DNA of 64,000 nt from Acidobacteriota bacterium (GTDB taxonomy: Bacteria; Acidobacteriota; UBA890; WLXD01), in NCBI GenBank assembly GCA_963666055.2, contig CAXWPH010000014.1:448001-512000 (forward strand), in the 5' to 3' direction. The notes under the pieces are model-generated. The model worked only from the letters and a program-made list of their open reading frames with translations. It was not told the origin of the DNA and made no database searches. This document shows positions 27,513 to 38,162 of this stretch, piece after piece (within the stretch, counting starts at the first letter, position 1; every line of letters begins with the position of its first letter). A program made the translations under genes and the position numbers.

Positions 27513-30500
27513 GTGGGACTCACCGCCTGGGCCATCGACAAGTCGCGCGTCACGCTAGTTACAGCGCTGGTGGTTGTCGGCGCTGGCTACCAAGCGTACG
27601 TGAACATGCCGCGCGCCGAAGACCCCGGTTTCATCATCCGCACCGCGCTGGTAATCACGCGCTTTCCGGGCGCCAGCCCGGAGCGCGTCGAGCAGCTAAT
27701 CACCGACAAGCTCGAGAAAGCGGTGCAGGAGATGCCCGAGCTCGACTACATCGTGAGCAACTCCAAGACCGGCGTGTCGGAGCTCATCGTCGAATTCAAG
27801 GAGAGCTACCGCAACATGCGGCCGATCTTCGACTCGCTGCGGCGCAAGATCGACTCGGCGCGCGGTGAGCTGCCCGACGGAGTCATCGGGCCGTTCGTCA
27901 ACGACGAGTTCGGCGACGTATTCGGAACCATCGTCACGATCACCGGGGAAGACTTCGAGTACGCCGAGCTCAAGCAGATCGCCGACGAGGTGCGCGACGA
28001 GCTGCTGCTCGCCACCGATGTGGCAAAGGTGGAAATCTACGGCGCCCAGGACGAGCGCATCTTCGTGGGGTACAACAACGCTCGCCTGTCGGAAATAGGC
28101 CTGTCGCCGGAACAGCTGCGCAATATTCTGGCGGCGCGCAACATCGTCTCACCGGGCGGCAACATCGACACCGGCGATGAGATCCTCGTGCTCGAGCCAT
28201 CGGGCAATTTCGAGACCATCGACGACCTGCGCCAGACAGTGATCAACCTCCCGGGCAGTCGCGACTTGCTGCTGCTGCGCGACGTGGCAGAGATCTACCG
28301 TGGCTACGTCGACCCGCCGGAGAGCAAGGTGCGCGTGTCCGGCGTGCAGGGTTTGGCACTGGCGATCTCGATGCGCGAGGGCGGCAACATCCTGCTGCTC
28401 GGCGAGGCCGTGCGCGCCAAGATCGACGAGCTGACAGCTTTCTACCCGATCGGTATCGACTTCGACTACGTGCAGTTTCAGGCCGCCGATGTTCAGACCC
28501 TGGTCGACGGTTTGATCGGCAATCTGCTGCAAGCCGTGGCGATCGTCGCTGCGATAATGCTGCTGTTCCTGGGCGTGCGCACCGGGCTGGTGGTGGCCAG
28601 CCTGATTCCGGCCGCCATCCTGACGTCGCTCACGCTGATGGGATTCTTCGCCATCGGCCTGGATCAGATGTCGATCGCGGCGCTGATCATCTCGCTTGGT
28701 CTGCTGGTCGACAACGCCATCGTCATGTCGGAGTCGATCATGGTGGCGATGGCCGAGGGTAAGCCTCGGGTGCGGGCAGCGGTGGATTCAGCCAACGAGC
28801 TGCGCATTCCGCTGCTTACCTCGTCGCTCACCACGGCGGCAGCCTTCCTGCCGATCTACCTGGCGGAGAACGCCACCGGCGAGTACACCGCGCCGCTGTT
28901 CAAGGTGGTGTCGATCACGCTGCTGTCATCGTGGCTCATCTCGATGACCTTGATTCCGCTGCTGTGCGTGCTCTTCCTTAAGGTCAAGCCGGTATCGCAG
29001 GGTGGCTCTGGAGGGATGTTCGACACGGCGTTCTATCGCTTCTACCGCCGCACGCTGGTGCTCGCAGTCGGCTGGCGCTGGGCGTCGCTGGCCGCTGTAG
29101 CGGTCGTCTTCGTCGCCACGATGAGCCTCTTCGGGCTGATCCCCAACATCTTCTTCCCACCGGGGTCGCGAGCCACGATGACCGTCGAGCTGGAGCTGCC
29201 CGCCGGCACGCCGATCGCCCGCACCGAGCAAATGGTGCAGCGCTTCGATGCGTTCATCGCCGAGGAGCTGGTCGCCGGTGCCGACCGTCCCGAAGGGGTG
29301 ACCAACTGGGCGTCGTTCATCGGACAGGGGGCGCCACGCTACGTGTTGCCGTATGCACCCGAACAGCCGAACCCGTCCTACGCCTACTTACTGGTCAACA
29401 CGACGTCCCGACCGGTGGTCGACGAGATCATGCCGCGTGTGGAGCGCTTCGGTGCCGATCACTTCCCCGACCTGAAGATCACGGCGCGGCCGATCCCGCT
29501 CGGGCCGCCTGCCTGGCCGCCGGTGGCGGTGCGGATCTCCGGCCGCGACAGCGAGGTGCTGTTCGACATCGTCGAACAGGTAAAGGGACGGCTGCATGAG
29601 GTTCGCGGCACAAAGCTCATCGACGACGACTGGGGTGCACGCTCCAAGAAGCTCGTCGTGCAGGTCGACCAGCCGCGGGCGTTGCGCGCCGGGGTGTCGA
29701 GTCGGGACATCGCCGTCTCGCTGCAGTCGTTTCTGAGCGGCATCGTGACCACGGAATACCGTGAGGGCGACAAGATCATCCCGGTCACGCTGCGCTCGGT
29801 GGCTGCCCAGCGCAACAACCTCGACCGGCTCGAGAGCCTCAACGTGTACTCGCAGAGCAGCGGGCTGTCGGTGCCGCTCAAGCAGGTCGCCGATGTGCGG
29901 CTCGAATGGCAGCCGAGCACCATCCGACGACGCTCGCGGCTGCGCACCGTGACGGTGGAAGCCGGGACCGAGCCCGGCGTAACGGCCGCCGACGTCAACG
30001 CGCAGCTGCGCCCCTGGCTCGACGAAATCAGCGCCGATTGGGGGCCCGGCTACTCCTGGGAGTTCGGCGGCGAGGAGGAAAACTCCGGCGATGCCAACGC
30101 CGCCATCGGCGCCAAGCTGCCCATCGCGGCGATGATCATCGTGCTGCTGCTGGTCGGGCAGTTCAACTCGGTGCGTAAACCACTGATCGTGCTCATCACG
30201 ATCCCCCTGGGTCTCATCGGTGTGGTGTTCGGCCTGCTAGCCACGCAGCTGTACTTCGGCTTCATGACCCTGCTCGGCATCATCTCGCTGTCGGGAATCG
30301 TCATCAACAACGCCATCGTGCTGATCGACCGTATCAACATCGAGATCGAGGACAATGGCCTGGAGCCCGCCGCGGCGATCATCGAGTCGGCCCAGCGGCG
30401 CTTGCGGCCAATCGTCATGACCACCTGCACCACGGTGGGTGGACTGCTGCCGCTGTACCTCGGCGGCGGTCCGATGTGGGAGCCGCTAGCGGTGGCCATC

Positions 30501-30599
30501 ATGGGCGGGCTGATCTTCGCCACCGTCCTGACGCTGGGTGTGGTGCCGATCCTCTACGCGGTGTTCTTCCGCGTGAGCTTCACCGACTACACGGTCTGA
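27513..30599 (+). CDS. RND efflux permease (AcrB/AcrD/AcrF family)
   Basis: [43 protein letters not shown]. Confidence 0.95.
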   Translation: MGLTAWAIDKSRVTLVTALVVVGAGYQAYVNMPRAEDPGFIIRTALVITRFPGASPERVEQLITDKLEKAVQEMPELDYIVSNSKTGVSELIVEFKESYRNMRPIFDSLRRKIDSARGELPDGVIGPFVNDEFGDVFGTIVTITGEDFEYAELKQIADEVRDELLLATDVAKVEIYGAQDERIFVGYNNARLSEIGLSPEQLRNILAARNIVSPGGNIDTGDEILVLEPSGNFETIDDLRQTVINLPGSRDLLLLRDVAEIYRGYVDPPESKVRVSGVQGLALAISMREGGNILLLGEAVRAKIDELTAFYPIGIDFDYVQFQAADVQTLVDGLIGNLLQAVAIVAAIMLLFLGVRTGLVVASLIPAAILTSLTLMGFFAIGLDQMSIAALIISLGLLVDNAIVMSESIMVAMAEGKPRVRAAVDSANELRIPLLTSSLTTAAAFLPIYLAENATGEYTAPLFKVVSITLLSSWLISMTLIPLLCVLFLKVKPVSQGGSGGMFDTAFYRFYRRTLVLAVGWRWASLAAVAVVFVATMSLFGLIPNIFFPPGSRATMTVELELPAGTPIARTEQMVQRFDAFIAEELVAGADRPEGVTNWASFIGQGAPRYVLPYAPEQPNPSYAYLLVNTTSRPVVDEIMPRVERFGADHFPDLKITARPIPLGPPAWPPVAVRISGRDSEVLFDIVEQVKGRLHEVRGTKLIDDDWGARSKKLVVQVDQPRALRAGVSSRDIAVSLQSFLSGIVTTEYREGDKIIPVTLRSVAAQRNNLDRLESLNVYSQSSGLSVPLKQVADVRLEWQPSTIRRRSRLRTVTVEAGTEPGVTAADVNAQLRPWLDEISADWGPGYSWEFGGEEENSGDANAAIGAKLPIAAMIIVLLLVGQFNSVRKPLIVLITIPLGLIGVVFGLLATQLYFGFMTLLGIISLSGIVINNAIVLIDRINIEIEDNGLEPAAAIIESAQRRLRPIVMTTCTTVGGLLPLYLGGGPMWEPLAVAIMGGLIFATVLTLGVVPILYAVFFRVSFTDYTV

Positions 30600-30600
30600 C

Positions 30601-30780
30601 GCTCGGCGGAATGTTCGTCGCGGTGGCCCTGATCCTCGCGGTCACCGGCCTGTACGGTGTGATCTCGTACTGGGTCACTCAGCAGACGCGGCAAATCGGC
30701 GTACGGATGGCCCTCGGCGCCCGCGGCGCGGACGTGATGCGCATGATCCTGGCGCGCACCGGGTTGATGATCGCTGCCTA
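30601..30780 (+). pseudogene. ADOP permease C-terminal fragment
   Basis: [32 protein letters not shown]. Confidence 0.75.
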
Positions 30781-30816
30781 CGAGGGCGGATCTCGGCCCG
30801 GAACGACGATCGCCCG

Positions 30817-33054
30817 CTACGGCCCGCACAGGCCGGCACCGAACGACCCGTCTCGGCGAGCGGCGCACGTGCGTTCGCCTCCCGCGACCGTTTCGACAAC
30901 AAAGCGATGGCGGTCGGCGAAGTCGTTGGCCATCCACTTCACGCCCGGCGGAGGCATCCAGATCGCACACCACACTGCTCGATTCCGGTCGTCGCGGGCG
31001 GCAGGAACATATCGGTTTACCGAAGCAACATGCGGACGGAGGCTTGCTGCCACGGTTACGAGACGGAGGCCGAAATTATCTTCCAAGACACCGTGGTGGC
31101 GGAAATCAGTCCAGGGCCCATCTATCCCGGTGCGCGACTGGATCTTAACGTAGGGGTTAATCCTCAGATCCATCACCGTAGAGATGTTCAGGCGATTGGC
31201 GTCGGGTAGGTCGCGAACCGTGTCTATCCAGCACGCCCGCGGATAATCGCGGACCGGCCGGCCGGTGGCCAGATCGTTGACGATTCCGCCCAGTCCATCG
31301 TCCGGTAACGAGGCGCTGTCGCCGATGCGTTCGAAGCGGAACTCTTCACGCTTGCCCGGCTTGTAGGTCCTCTTTCCAGGCTTGGCAGATGACGACGCGG
31401 ACTGGGCAAGCATCGCCAGTCGCGCGCTCAGGACGGGACCGACGGCAGGTCCCCAGAGAGTCGACGCGCCTTCGTAATGCTGTGCCTCGTACTCTTCTGG
31501 CGTGGCAACGTAGGAGATGTATTCGTTGGCCAGACCGACCGGCACCACCAGTGAATCGTCGACCTCGACTGCGGCTGCTACAGTCTTCAAGATACGGCGC
31601 CCCATTGTCATGGTGAACTCACCCGGCAGCGTGACGAGGGTGAGGTCACCGATTCGGTGGACGCCGAGCGGTACGTCCGATGGAACGTCGGTCTTGCCGA
31701 GCAGCAACTTCGTGAGGTCGCCACTCAGCGGCCAGGGGAGCGGAAGGGTCGCTTCGAAGGGTGGATGTTTGGATCCCTGGCGAAGCTTATTGTCCTTGTC
31801 GAGCCGCCCGGCCCGTTTGACTCCCTCTTTGAATCCGAGCTCGTACAGCGGACTGCGCCCGTCCTCGGCACCACCGACGAGCGCAGTGCCGGCGGCCGGC
31901 TCATCGGGTGTGCAGGGCTCGAGTGCGGGGAACGACCACGCGCTTGTTGCTGGAACACACACACCTCTGATCGAGGCCCGCACGAAACGCGATCGCAGTT
32001 CAGGGGCCAGCACCGTCCCTGCTCCGCCGCCGAGCACGCTCTCGAGCGCACCAGCCAGACGGCGGCCTAGATGGAGCGCCTCGCGACGATCTCGGCGATC
32101 CCATATCGGCGAGAGGTCGCCCTCGGGCCCGTTCACAAAGGCCACGACAGGCGCATGGCCAGCATCGCCGAGGCTCTGTTCGGCTAGCGTCGCCGCGGCG
32201 CCGAAGAGGTCGCCGTGATAAAGATCGAGGTCGGCGGGGAGGACGGTCGGGTGGACCGCATAGAAACCGAGAGCCCCGATCAGGCGGTCGCTGCCCACGT
32301 CCCAGAACTTGAGGACGCTGAGCCTGGGCGCCACGGCTCTGTAGGCGTCGACAGACGGGTACAGGTCGTTGGTCGGACCTATCGGGGCGTTGCTGTTCTC
32401 CGCGAGGATCTCGGCGCTGTCTCGATTCAGGAGGAACGCATCCAGACTTCGATTTCGGGCAACGCTGTAGACATCTCGAAAACCTACTTCGAGTTGCGCG
32501 GCAGTCGACAGGGCGTTTTGCCGCGCCTCTAGAACGGAAACGGCGATCCGGTTTGCGAGGAACTCAAACAGCCGTTCGTCGAACCCCGCCCACCGAGACG
32601 CCAAGTGGTTGTACACCGAAGCGGTGGCGAAGTTCCCGGGGCCGTGGTGGGTGTGGGTCGCGGCGAAGATGAAGTCACCGCGACCTATCGCAGGGCCCGG
32701 TTCGGCACCGATGATCTCCGCAACGCGATCACCGAGACCGGCGGGCATGAAGGGAAGTTCGGATACCGCGATTACCAGCCGATGGCCACGCTGGTCCTGG
32801 AGGTAGAACGTTCGCACGAAGAGCCGGGTCCAGAACCCACGCGCCGTTCTGGCGGAAACCGAATGTCCACCGGTCGAGATCCCCGGCGGCGGTGTGATGT
32901 CCACGCGCGAGGCGCCGGCAACGAGCTGGGCTACCGAGACCGGCTCTTGAGGCGCCGGCACATCGATGCGGAGCGGCCTCGCGAAGGTACTGCAGGCTGC
33001 TGTCGCGACGACTGCTGCGAGGAGAAGGACAACCCTGAACGATCGAAGTTTCAT
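30817..33054 (-). CDS. Neutral/alkaline ceramidase-family lipoprotein
   Basis: Lipobox [55 protein letters not shown]. Confidence 0.88.
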   Translation of the reverse strand: MKLRSFRVVLLLAAVVATAACSTFARPLRIDVPAPQEPVSVAQLVAGASRVDITPPPGISTGGHSVSARTARGFWTRLFVRTFYLQDQRGHRLVIAVSELPFMPAGLGDRVAEIIGAEPGPAIGRGDFIFAATHTHHGPGNFATASVYNHLASRWAGFDERLFEFLANRIAVSVLEARQNALSTAAQLEVGFRDVYSVARNRSLDAFLLNRDSAEILAENSNAPIGPTNDLYPSVDAYRAVAPRLSVLKFWDVGSDRLIGALGFYAVHPTVLPADLDLYHGDLFGAAATLAEQSLGDAGHAPVVAFVNGPEGDLSPIWDRRDRREALHLGRRLAGALESVLGGGAGTVLAPELRSRFVRASIRGVCVPATSAWSFPALEPCTPDEPAAGTALVGGAEDGRSPLYELGFKEGVKRAGRLDKDNKLRQGSKHPPFEATLPLPWPLSGDLTKLLLGKTDVPSDVPLGVHRIGDLTLVTLPGEFTMTMGRRILKTVAAAVEVDDSLVVPVGLANEYISYVATPEEYEAQHYEGASTLWGPAVGPVLSARLAMLAQSASSSAKPGKRTYKPGKREEFRFERIGDSASLPDDGLGGIVNDLATGRPVRDYPRACWIDTVRDLPDANRLNISTVMDLRINPYVKIQSRTGIDGPWTDFRHHGVLEDNFGLRLVTVAASLRPHVASVNRYVPAARDDRNRAVWCAIWMPPPGVKWMANDFADRHRFVVETVAGGERTCAARRDGSFGAGLCGP

Positions 33055-33132
33055 TCTTGCGCCTCCTCCGGTCGTCACCGACAACAGCAACCACGCGATT
33101 GCCGGACACTCGCGACGCGGTCACGGCGAGAG

Positions 33133-33145
33133 GGTACTGTCAAGT
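33133..33145 (+). repeat. Isolated copy of the IS6 terminal inverted repeat
   Basis: GGTACTGTCAAGT is identical to the first 13 bp of the IS6 end at 44018. Confidence 0.5.
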
Positions 33146-33350
33146 GAGGGGCGGCGAGGGCGCGTCCCGACTTAGTCGTGGAACTTTCTTGACGCGAGCG
33201 GCCTACGGAGCAGCGAACCTCGGCCCCGAGGGCTGACAACCGCCGTCGGACCAAGCGATGCGTCGCGCAATTGCTGACCGGCCATCCACAGACAGGAACT
33301 GCTACGATCGCGAGCTTCGATTCCTCGCGCCTCGAAAAGGGTCCGCCTCG

Positions 33351-34373
33351 ATGCCCGATAGCAACCGCGAAGTCCATCTTGTCGCCCGTCCCGAAGGTCT
33401 ACCCGAGCCCACCGACTTCAAGCTCGTCGAGCAGCCGATCCCCGAGCCAGGCGACGGCGAGCTCCTGGTGCGCAACATATATATGTCGGTCGACCCCTAC
33501 ATGCGCGGCCGAATGCGCGATGCCAAGTCGTACGTGCCACCGTTTCAAATCGGCGAAGTGCTGAGCGGCGGCGCGGTCGGACAGGTGGTGGAGTCGAACC
33601 ACCCCGACTACCAGACGGGCGACTTCGTGACCGGCATGGAGGGATGGCGCCAGTACTACAAGACCGACGGCACCGGCCAGCGCAAGATCGATCCCGCCGC
33701 CGCTCCGCTGTCGACCTATCTAGGGGTGCTCGGCATGCCCGGCATCACCGCCTACGTCGGCCTTCTCGATATCGGCAAGCCGAAAAAGGGCGAGACCCTG
33801 TTCGTCTCAGCGGCCGCCGGAGCGGTCGGCAGCCTGGTCGGACAACTGGGCAAGATCCAGGGTTGCCGGGTGGTCGGCAGCGCCGGCTCGCCAGAAAAGG
33901 TCGAGCTGTTGACGGGCGAGCTGGGGTTCGATGCCGCCTTCAGCTACAAAGGCGCCGACCTGCACAAGGAGCTGGCCGAGAGCTGCCCGGACGGCATCGA
34001 CGTCTACTTCGAAAACGTCGGCGGGCCGATGCTCGAGGCGGTGCTCGCGCACATGAACCCGTTCGGACGGATTCCAGTGTGCGGCATGATCGCCCACTAC
34101 AACGACGAAGAGCCGACGCCCGGGCCAAAGAATCTGTTCACCGTGATCTCCAAGCGGCTCTTGATGCAGGGCTTCATCTGTACGGACCGCCTCGATCGGC
34201 TCGGCGACTTCGCGCGCGACGTCGGCGGCTGGCTACACGAGGGCAAGGTCAAGTACCGCGAGACCATCGTCGAGGGCATCGATCACGCCGTCGAGGCGTT
34301 CATCGGCCTGCTGCGGGGGGAGAACATCGGCAAGATGCTGGTGCAGGTGGGAGACGACCCCAGGAAGGCGTAA
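33351..34373 (+). CDS. NADP-dependent oxidoreductase (CurA/PTGR-like)
   Basis: YMSVDPYMRGRM, LGMPGITAYVGL, AAAGAVGS, VYFENVGG, NIGKMLV. Confidence 0.92.
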   Translation: MPDSNREVHLVARPEGLPEPTDFKLVEQPIPEPGDGELLVRNIYMSVDPYMRGRMRDAKSYVPPFQIGEVLSGGAVGQVVESNHPDYQTGDFVTGMEGWRQYYKTDGTGQRKIDPAAAPLSTYLGVLGMPGITAYVGLLDIGKPKKGETLFVSAAAGAVGSLVGQLGKIQGCRVVGSAGSPEKVELLTGELGFDAAFSYKGADLHKELAESCPDGIDVYFENVGGPMLEAVLAHMNPFGRIPVCGMIAHYNDEEPTPGPKNLFTVISKRLLMQGFICTDRLDRLGDFARDVGGWLHEGKVKYRETIVEGIDHAVEAFIGLLRGENIGKMLVQVGDDPRKA

Positions 34374-34376
34374 TGC

Positions 34377-34766
34377 TCAACGTCCGGAACCCAGGAACGT
34401 GCCCCGACCGATAGCCACCAGGTCGCTATCGGCGGCGCGAACTTCCATGTCGGCGCGGCAGATCCGACGGCCGACCTTCACCACCCGACCGATCGCGACG
34501 AGGTCTCCCCGTAGGGCCGGCTTCAGGTAGTCGATGCGCAGATCGACGGTCGCGCCGCTCCCCTTGCCCGCCGCCATCACCACCGCGAACGCGCCCGCGA
34601 TGTCGGCCAGGGCGCAAATGATCCCGCCGTGGTACCAATCCGAGTCGTCCATCCTCAGGAAATCCTCTCGGAAAGGAAGACGTATCTCGATCAGACCCTC
34701 TTCCGCACGCACCAGCTCGGCGCCCAAGAACCGGGCGTAGGGTGACTGGTCGAGGCTGATCTCCAT
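34377..34766 (-). CDS. PaaI family thioesterase
   Basis: HGGIICALAD, TVDLRIDYLKP. Confidence 0.88.
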   Translation of the reverse strand: MEISLDQSPYARFLGAELVRAEEGLIEIRLPFREDFLRMDDSDWYHGGIICALADIAGAFAVVMAAGKGSGATVDLRIDYLKPALRGDLVAIGRVVKVGRRICRADMEVRAADSDLVAIGRGTFLGSGR

Positions 34767-34921
34767 GGCTGCATCGTCGGGAGTGAGCAACGATCGCTCG
34801 GCACGAGGGGAGCGAAGGTAACACGCTGCGTGTACGAAGTAGGAGGAGCCGATCTCCGCTGTAGCCTCTCGCCAAACGCCCGGCATTGTAGGCACGCGGC
34901 AGGACTCGAAATATGCTATCG

Positions 34922-34950
34922 ATATGTATGATACATATATGTAACATATA
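34922..34950. promoter_or_regulatory. Two overlapping AT-rich palindromes, probable PadR operator
   Basis: ATATGTAT-G-ATACATAT (34922-34938) and TATATGT-A-ACATATA (34936-34950), about 25 bp upstream of padR. Confidence 0.6.
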
Positions 34951-34973
34951 GATTCCACACACCGGGAAAGGGC

Positions 34974-35306
34974 ATGGTAAGGCCACTCACCGCACACGGC
35001 TTTCAGATTCTTCTGGCGCTGTCCGACGAGGATCGGCACGGCAACGGCATCGTGCGGCGGGTGTTGGAGGTCACCGAAGGCGCCGTGCGCCTTTGGCCGG
35101 TAACCCTGTATCGAACCCTCGATGAGCTGCGCCACGCCGACCTGGTAGAGGAGCTCAGCGGCAGCGGCCACCCGCAAGGCGAGAGTCGGCGCCGACGCTT
35201 CTATCGCCTCACCGACGCGGGTGCCGACCGGCTGGCGGCGGAGGCGGATCGGCTCGACCAGCTTGCCTCGGTAGCACGGCGTAATCTCGGACACCGCGGC
35301 GCATGA
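34974..35306 (+). CDS. PadR family transcriptional regulator
   Basis: ILLALSDEDRHGNGI, TLYRTL, RRRFYRLTDAG. Confidence 0.9.
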   Translation: MVRPLTAHGFQILLALSDEDRHGNGIVRRVLEVTEGAVRLWPVTLYRTLDELRHADLVEELSGSGHPQGESRRRRFYRLTDAGADRLAAEADRLDQLASVARRNLGHRGA

Positions 35307-37981
35307 GCAAGCCCTGGCCCTATCGCGCTCTGCTGCGCATGCTACCGCCCAGCTTTCGGGCTCGGCATCGTGCCGCCATCGACGAGGCGCTGGCCGCGGC
35401 GTGGAACGAGTCGGGTGCCGTCTCACCGGCCTGGAGGTTCTGGCTGCGCGCCAGCCTCGACCTGTCAACGGGCCTGCTGCCCGCTTGGATCAGCACCATG
35501 CAACGTAGGTTTCCCACGCGCCGGTCGGACCGACACGACGACGAGGCAACATCAATGGATGGATGGTTGCAGGACATTCGCTACGCCGCCCGTGGGTTGA
35601 TACGGGCCCCCGCTCTGACCCTCCTTTGTACCGCGGCGATCGGTCTCGGCATGGGTGCCAACACGGCCGTGTTCACGCTCGTCAACGAGATCCTGCTGCG
35701 GCCGCTTCCGGTGCGCGAGCCCGCGCAACTGGTCGACGTGCACCTCGACCAGCCCGGTGCCAACAGCTTCCTCGGCTTCTCGTTTCTGGAGTATGAAGAC
35801 TACCGCTCCCGCCGGAAATCGCTCGAGGGATTGGTGGCGCACAGTGGCATCGGGTTGCGTCTTGGCGACCAAGTCGGCGGCGACCGCATCCGTGGTCAGC
35901 TGAACTCTGCCGACTACTTCGAGGTGCTCGGCGTCACTCCGGCCCGCGGCCGCACGTTCACTGCCCGGGAGGCAGAGACCGAGGGCCGCGGCAACGTCGC
36001 CGTAGTCAGCCACGGGTTCTGGCAGCGACGCTTCGCCGGCTCCGACGACCTGCTCGGCAGCGATATCGAGCTCAACGGTATCGACTTTACCGTTGTGGGA
36101 ATCCTGCCAGCCGGGTTCACCGGGCGGTTCATTGGCTTCCCGTCGGAGGTGTGGCTACCACTGGCGATGATGGATCGGCTACGACCGGGCACCGAATTGC
36201 GCTCGCGCGCCGAGCAGGGGCTGGAGATATTCGGGCGTCTGCGCGCCGAGGATTCGATTGCCGCCGCCGCCGATGAGCTCAACGCCATCGCGGCGCAGCC
36301 GGAGCGCGAACATCCCGACATGAACCGTAACCGACGCGTTACGTTATCGGTCTTCAGCGGTCTCGACCAGAGCCTGGTAAGCCCGGTGATGGGGTTCCTT
36401 GGCATCCTCTTGGTGTTGTCGACGCTGGTGTTGCTGGCGGCGTGTCTCAATGTCGGCAACCTGCTGCTGGCACGCGGCCCCGCACGGCGCGCCGAGATCG
36501 CCACGCGAGTGGCCTTGGGCGCCACACCGGCACGGATGGTGCGGCAGATCCTCACTGAGACCCTGCTGCTGTTCGCGCTCGGTGCCGGCGCGGCCGTGCT
36601 GGTAGCGTTGCAGGTGAACGGGCTGCTGGGCGCCTTCATCGAGTCGCTTCCCGTAGGGCTCGGCTTCAGCCTGACGCTCGACGCTCGGGTACTGGCGATA
36701 ACCGGGGCCGTGGCGCTGATCACCGCGCTGGCAACCGGGCTCGGCCCCGCTCTGAAAGCGATCCGCGGCGGGCAGGCGGCGGTGCTGCGCACCTCGCGCA
36801 GCGGTGACTCGAATACCACTCGACTCCGCCAATTGTTCGTGGTGGGGCAGGTCGCGGTATCGGTTGTGTTGCTGATCACCGCCAGCTTGTTCCTGCGTGC
36901 TTTTCAGCGCGGGCAACAGCTCGATCCCGGGTTCTCGACGAACGGTCTGAGCATGGCCAGCGTGGGGCTGCCCCCAGAGAGTTATTCCGATGGCGAGGCG
37001 CGGGTGTTCTTTCAGGCGCTCGCCGCCGGTCTGGCCACCGAGCCCGATATCGCTGCGGTGGGGTTGACCGCCAACACACCGCTGGGGGTGGCGCGCAGCC
37101 CGATGGCGATGACCGTCCCCGGGCAGGAGCCGCCGCAGGGGCAGGACGCCTTCTTCATCGATGTACACGTGGTGAGCGCTGATTACTTCGACGCGGTGGG
37201 CATCGTCGTACAGGAGGGTAGCGCGCTGCGCGCCGTCGACGACGCTACCGGGGCTCCGGTGGCGGTCGTAAACGCTCGCATGGCGGCGCGCTTCTGGCCG
37301 CGCGGTGCAGTGGGCCAGCGCCTGATGATCGACGGCGGGGAGATCGAGATCATCGGCGTGGTCGGAGACACGCGCTACGTGATCCAGAGTGACACCGTCG
37401 ATCCGCTGGTGTACCTGCCATTCGCGCAGCACCCCGGCGGGCGCATGAGCCTGGTGCTCCGCAGCGACACGGCACCGGGCACCCTGCAGCGTCTGGTGGC
37501 CGAACATCTGGCGCGTGCTGACGCCACGCTGCAGGTCCCCACGGTGGGAAGGCTGTCGGAGTTGATCGAGATCTTCCTGCTGCCGCAACGACTGGCCAGC
37601 CGGGTGGCCGGGGCACTCGGCGCCTTGGGCTTCCTGCTCGCAGTTGCGGGTGTCTACGGCATCGTCTCCTACACCCTCGGTCAACGGCGGCGCGAGCTCG
37701 GCATCCGCATGGCGCTCGGCGGGCGTCCGGCCGACGTCCGGTCGCTGATGCTGAAGTTCGGGCTGCGGATCGTCGGCGCCGGCAGCGCCGCTGGCCTGGT
37801 CGTGTCGGCCCTGCTCGGCCCGTTACTGCGCGACTTCCTGGTCGGTGTGGCGCCGACCGACCCACTGACGATGCTCACCGTGGTCGCCTCGCTCGGTGCC
37901 TCCGCATTGCTGGCGGCCTACGTGCCGGCACGCCGTGCGGCCGCCATCGACCCGGCAACAGCGCTCCGCTACGACGTCTGA
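35303..37981 (+). CDS. ADOP-type ABC transporter permease
   Basis: LQDIRYAARGL, GANTAVFT, QVAVSVVLL, RELGIRMALGG, PARRAAAIDP; coupled to padR. Confidence 0.92.
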   Translation: MSKPWPYRALLRMLPPSFRARHRAAIDEALAAAWNESGAVSPAWRFWLRASLDLSTGLLPAWISTMQRRFPTRRSDRHDDEATSMDGWLQDIRYAARGLIRAPALTLLCTAAIGLGMGANTAVFTLVNEILLRPLPVREPAQLVDVHLDQPGANSFLGFSFLEYEDYRSRRKSLEGLVAHSGIGLRLGDQVGGDRIRGQLNSADYFEVLGVTPARGRTFTAREAETEGRGNVAVVSHGFWQRRFAGSDDLLGSDIELNGIDFTVVGILPAGFTGRFIGFPSEVWLPLAMMDRLRPGTELRSRAEQGLEIFGRLRAEDSIAAAADELNAIAAQPEREHPDMNRNRRVTLSVFSGLDQSLVSPVMGFLGILLVLSTLVLLAACLNVGNLLLARGPARRAEIATRVALGATPARMVRQILTETLLLFALGAGAAVLVALQVNGLLGAFIESLPVGLGFSLTLDARVLAITGAVALITALATGLGPALKAIRGGQAAVLRTSRSGDSNTTRLRQLFVVGQVAVSVVLLITASLFLRAFQRGQQLDPGFSTNGLSMASVGLPPESYSDGEARVFFQALAAGLATEPDIAAVGLTANTPLGVARSPMAMTVPGQEPPQGQDAFFIDVHVVSADYFDAVGIVVQEGSALRAVDDATGAPVAVVNARMAARFWPRGAVGQRLMIDGGEIEIIGVVGDTRYVIQSDTVDPLVYLPFAQHPGGRMSLVLRSDTAPGTLQRLVAEHLARADATLQVPTVGRLSELIEIFLLPQRLASRVAGALGALGFLLAVAGVYGIVSYTLGQRRRELGIRMALGGRPADVRSLMLKFGLRIVGAGSAAGLVVSALLGPLLRDFLVGVAPTDPLTMLTVVASLGASALLAAYVPARRAAAIDPATALRYDV

Positions 37982-38162
37982 CCCGCGCGCCGAACGCTTT
38001 GCCTGCTTGGCGCTGAGTCGCTTCTCGCCGGCGCCCGGTCGACATCGGCTTCCCGTAGGCGTACCACCACGGTCTGCTAGTACGCTATTTTGTCCGCGTA
38101 TCCGCAGGCTCAACCCCGCCGATACGCAGTGCCTCGCTCACACGAAACGGGTGAACCCTCAC

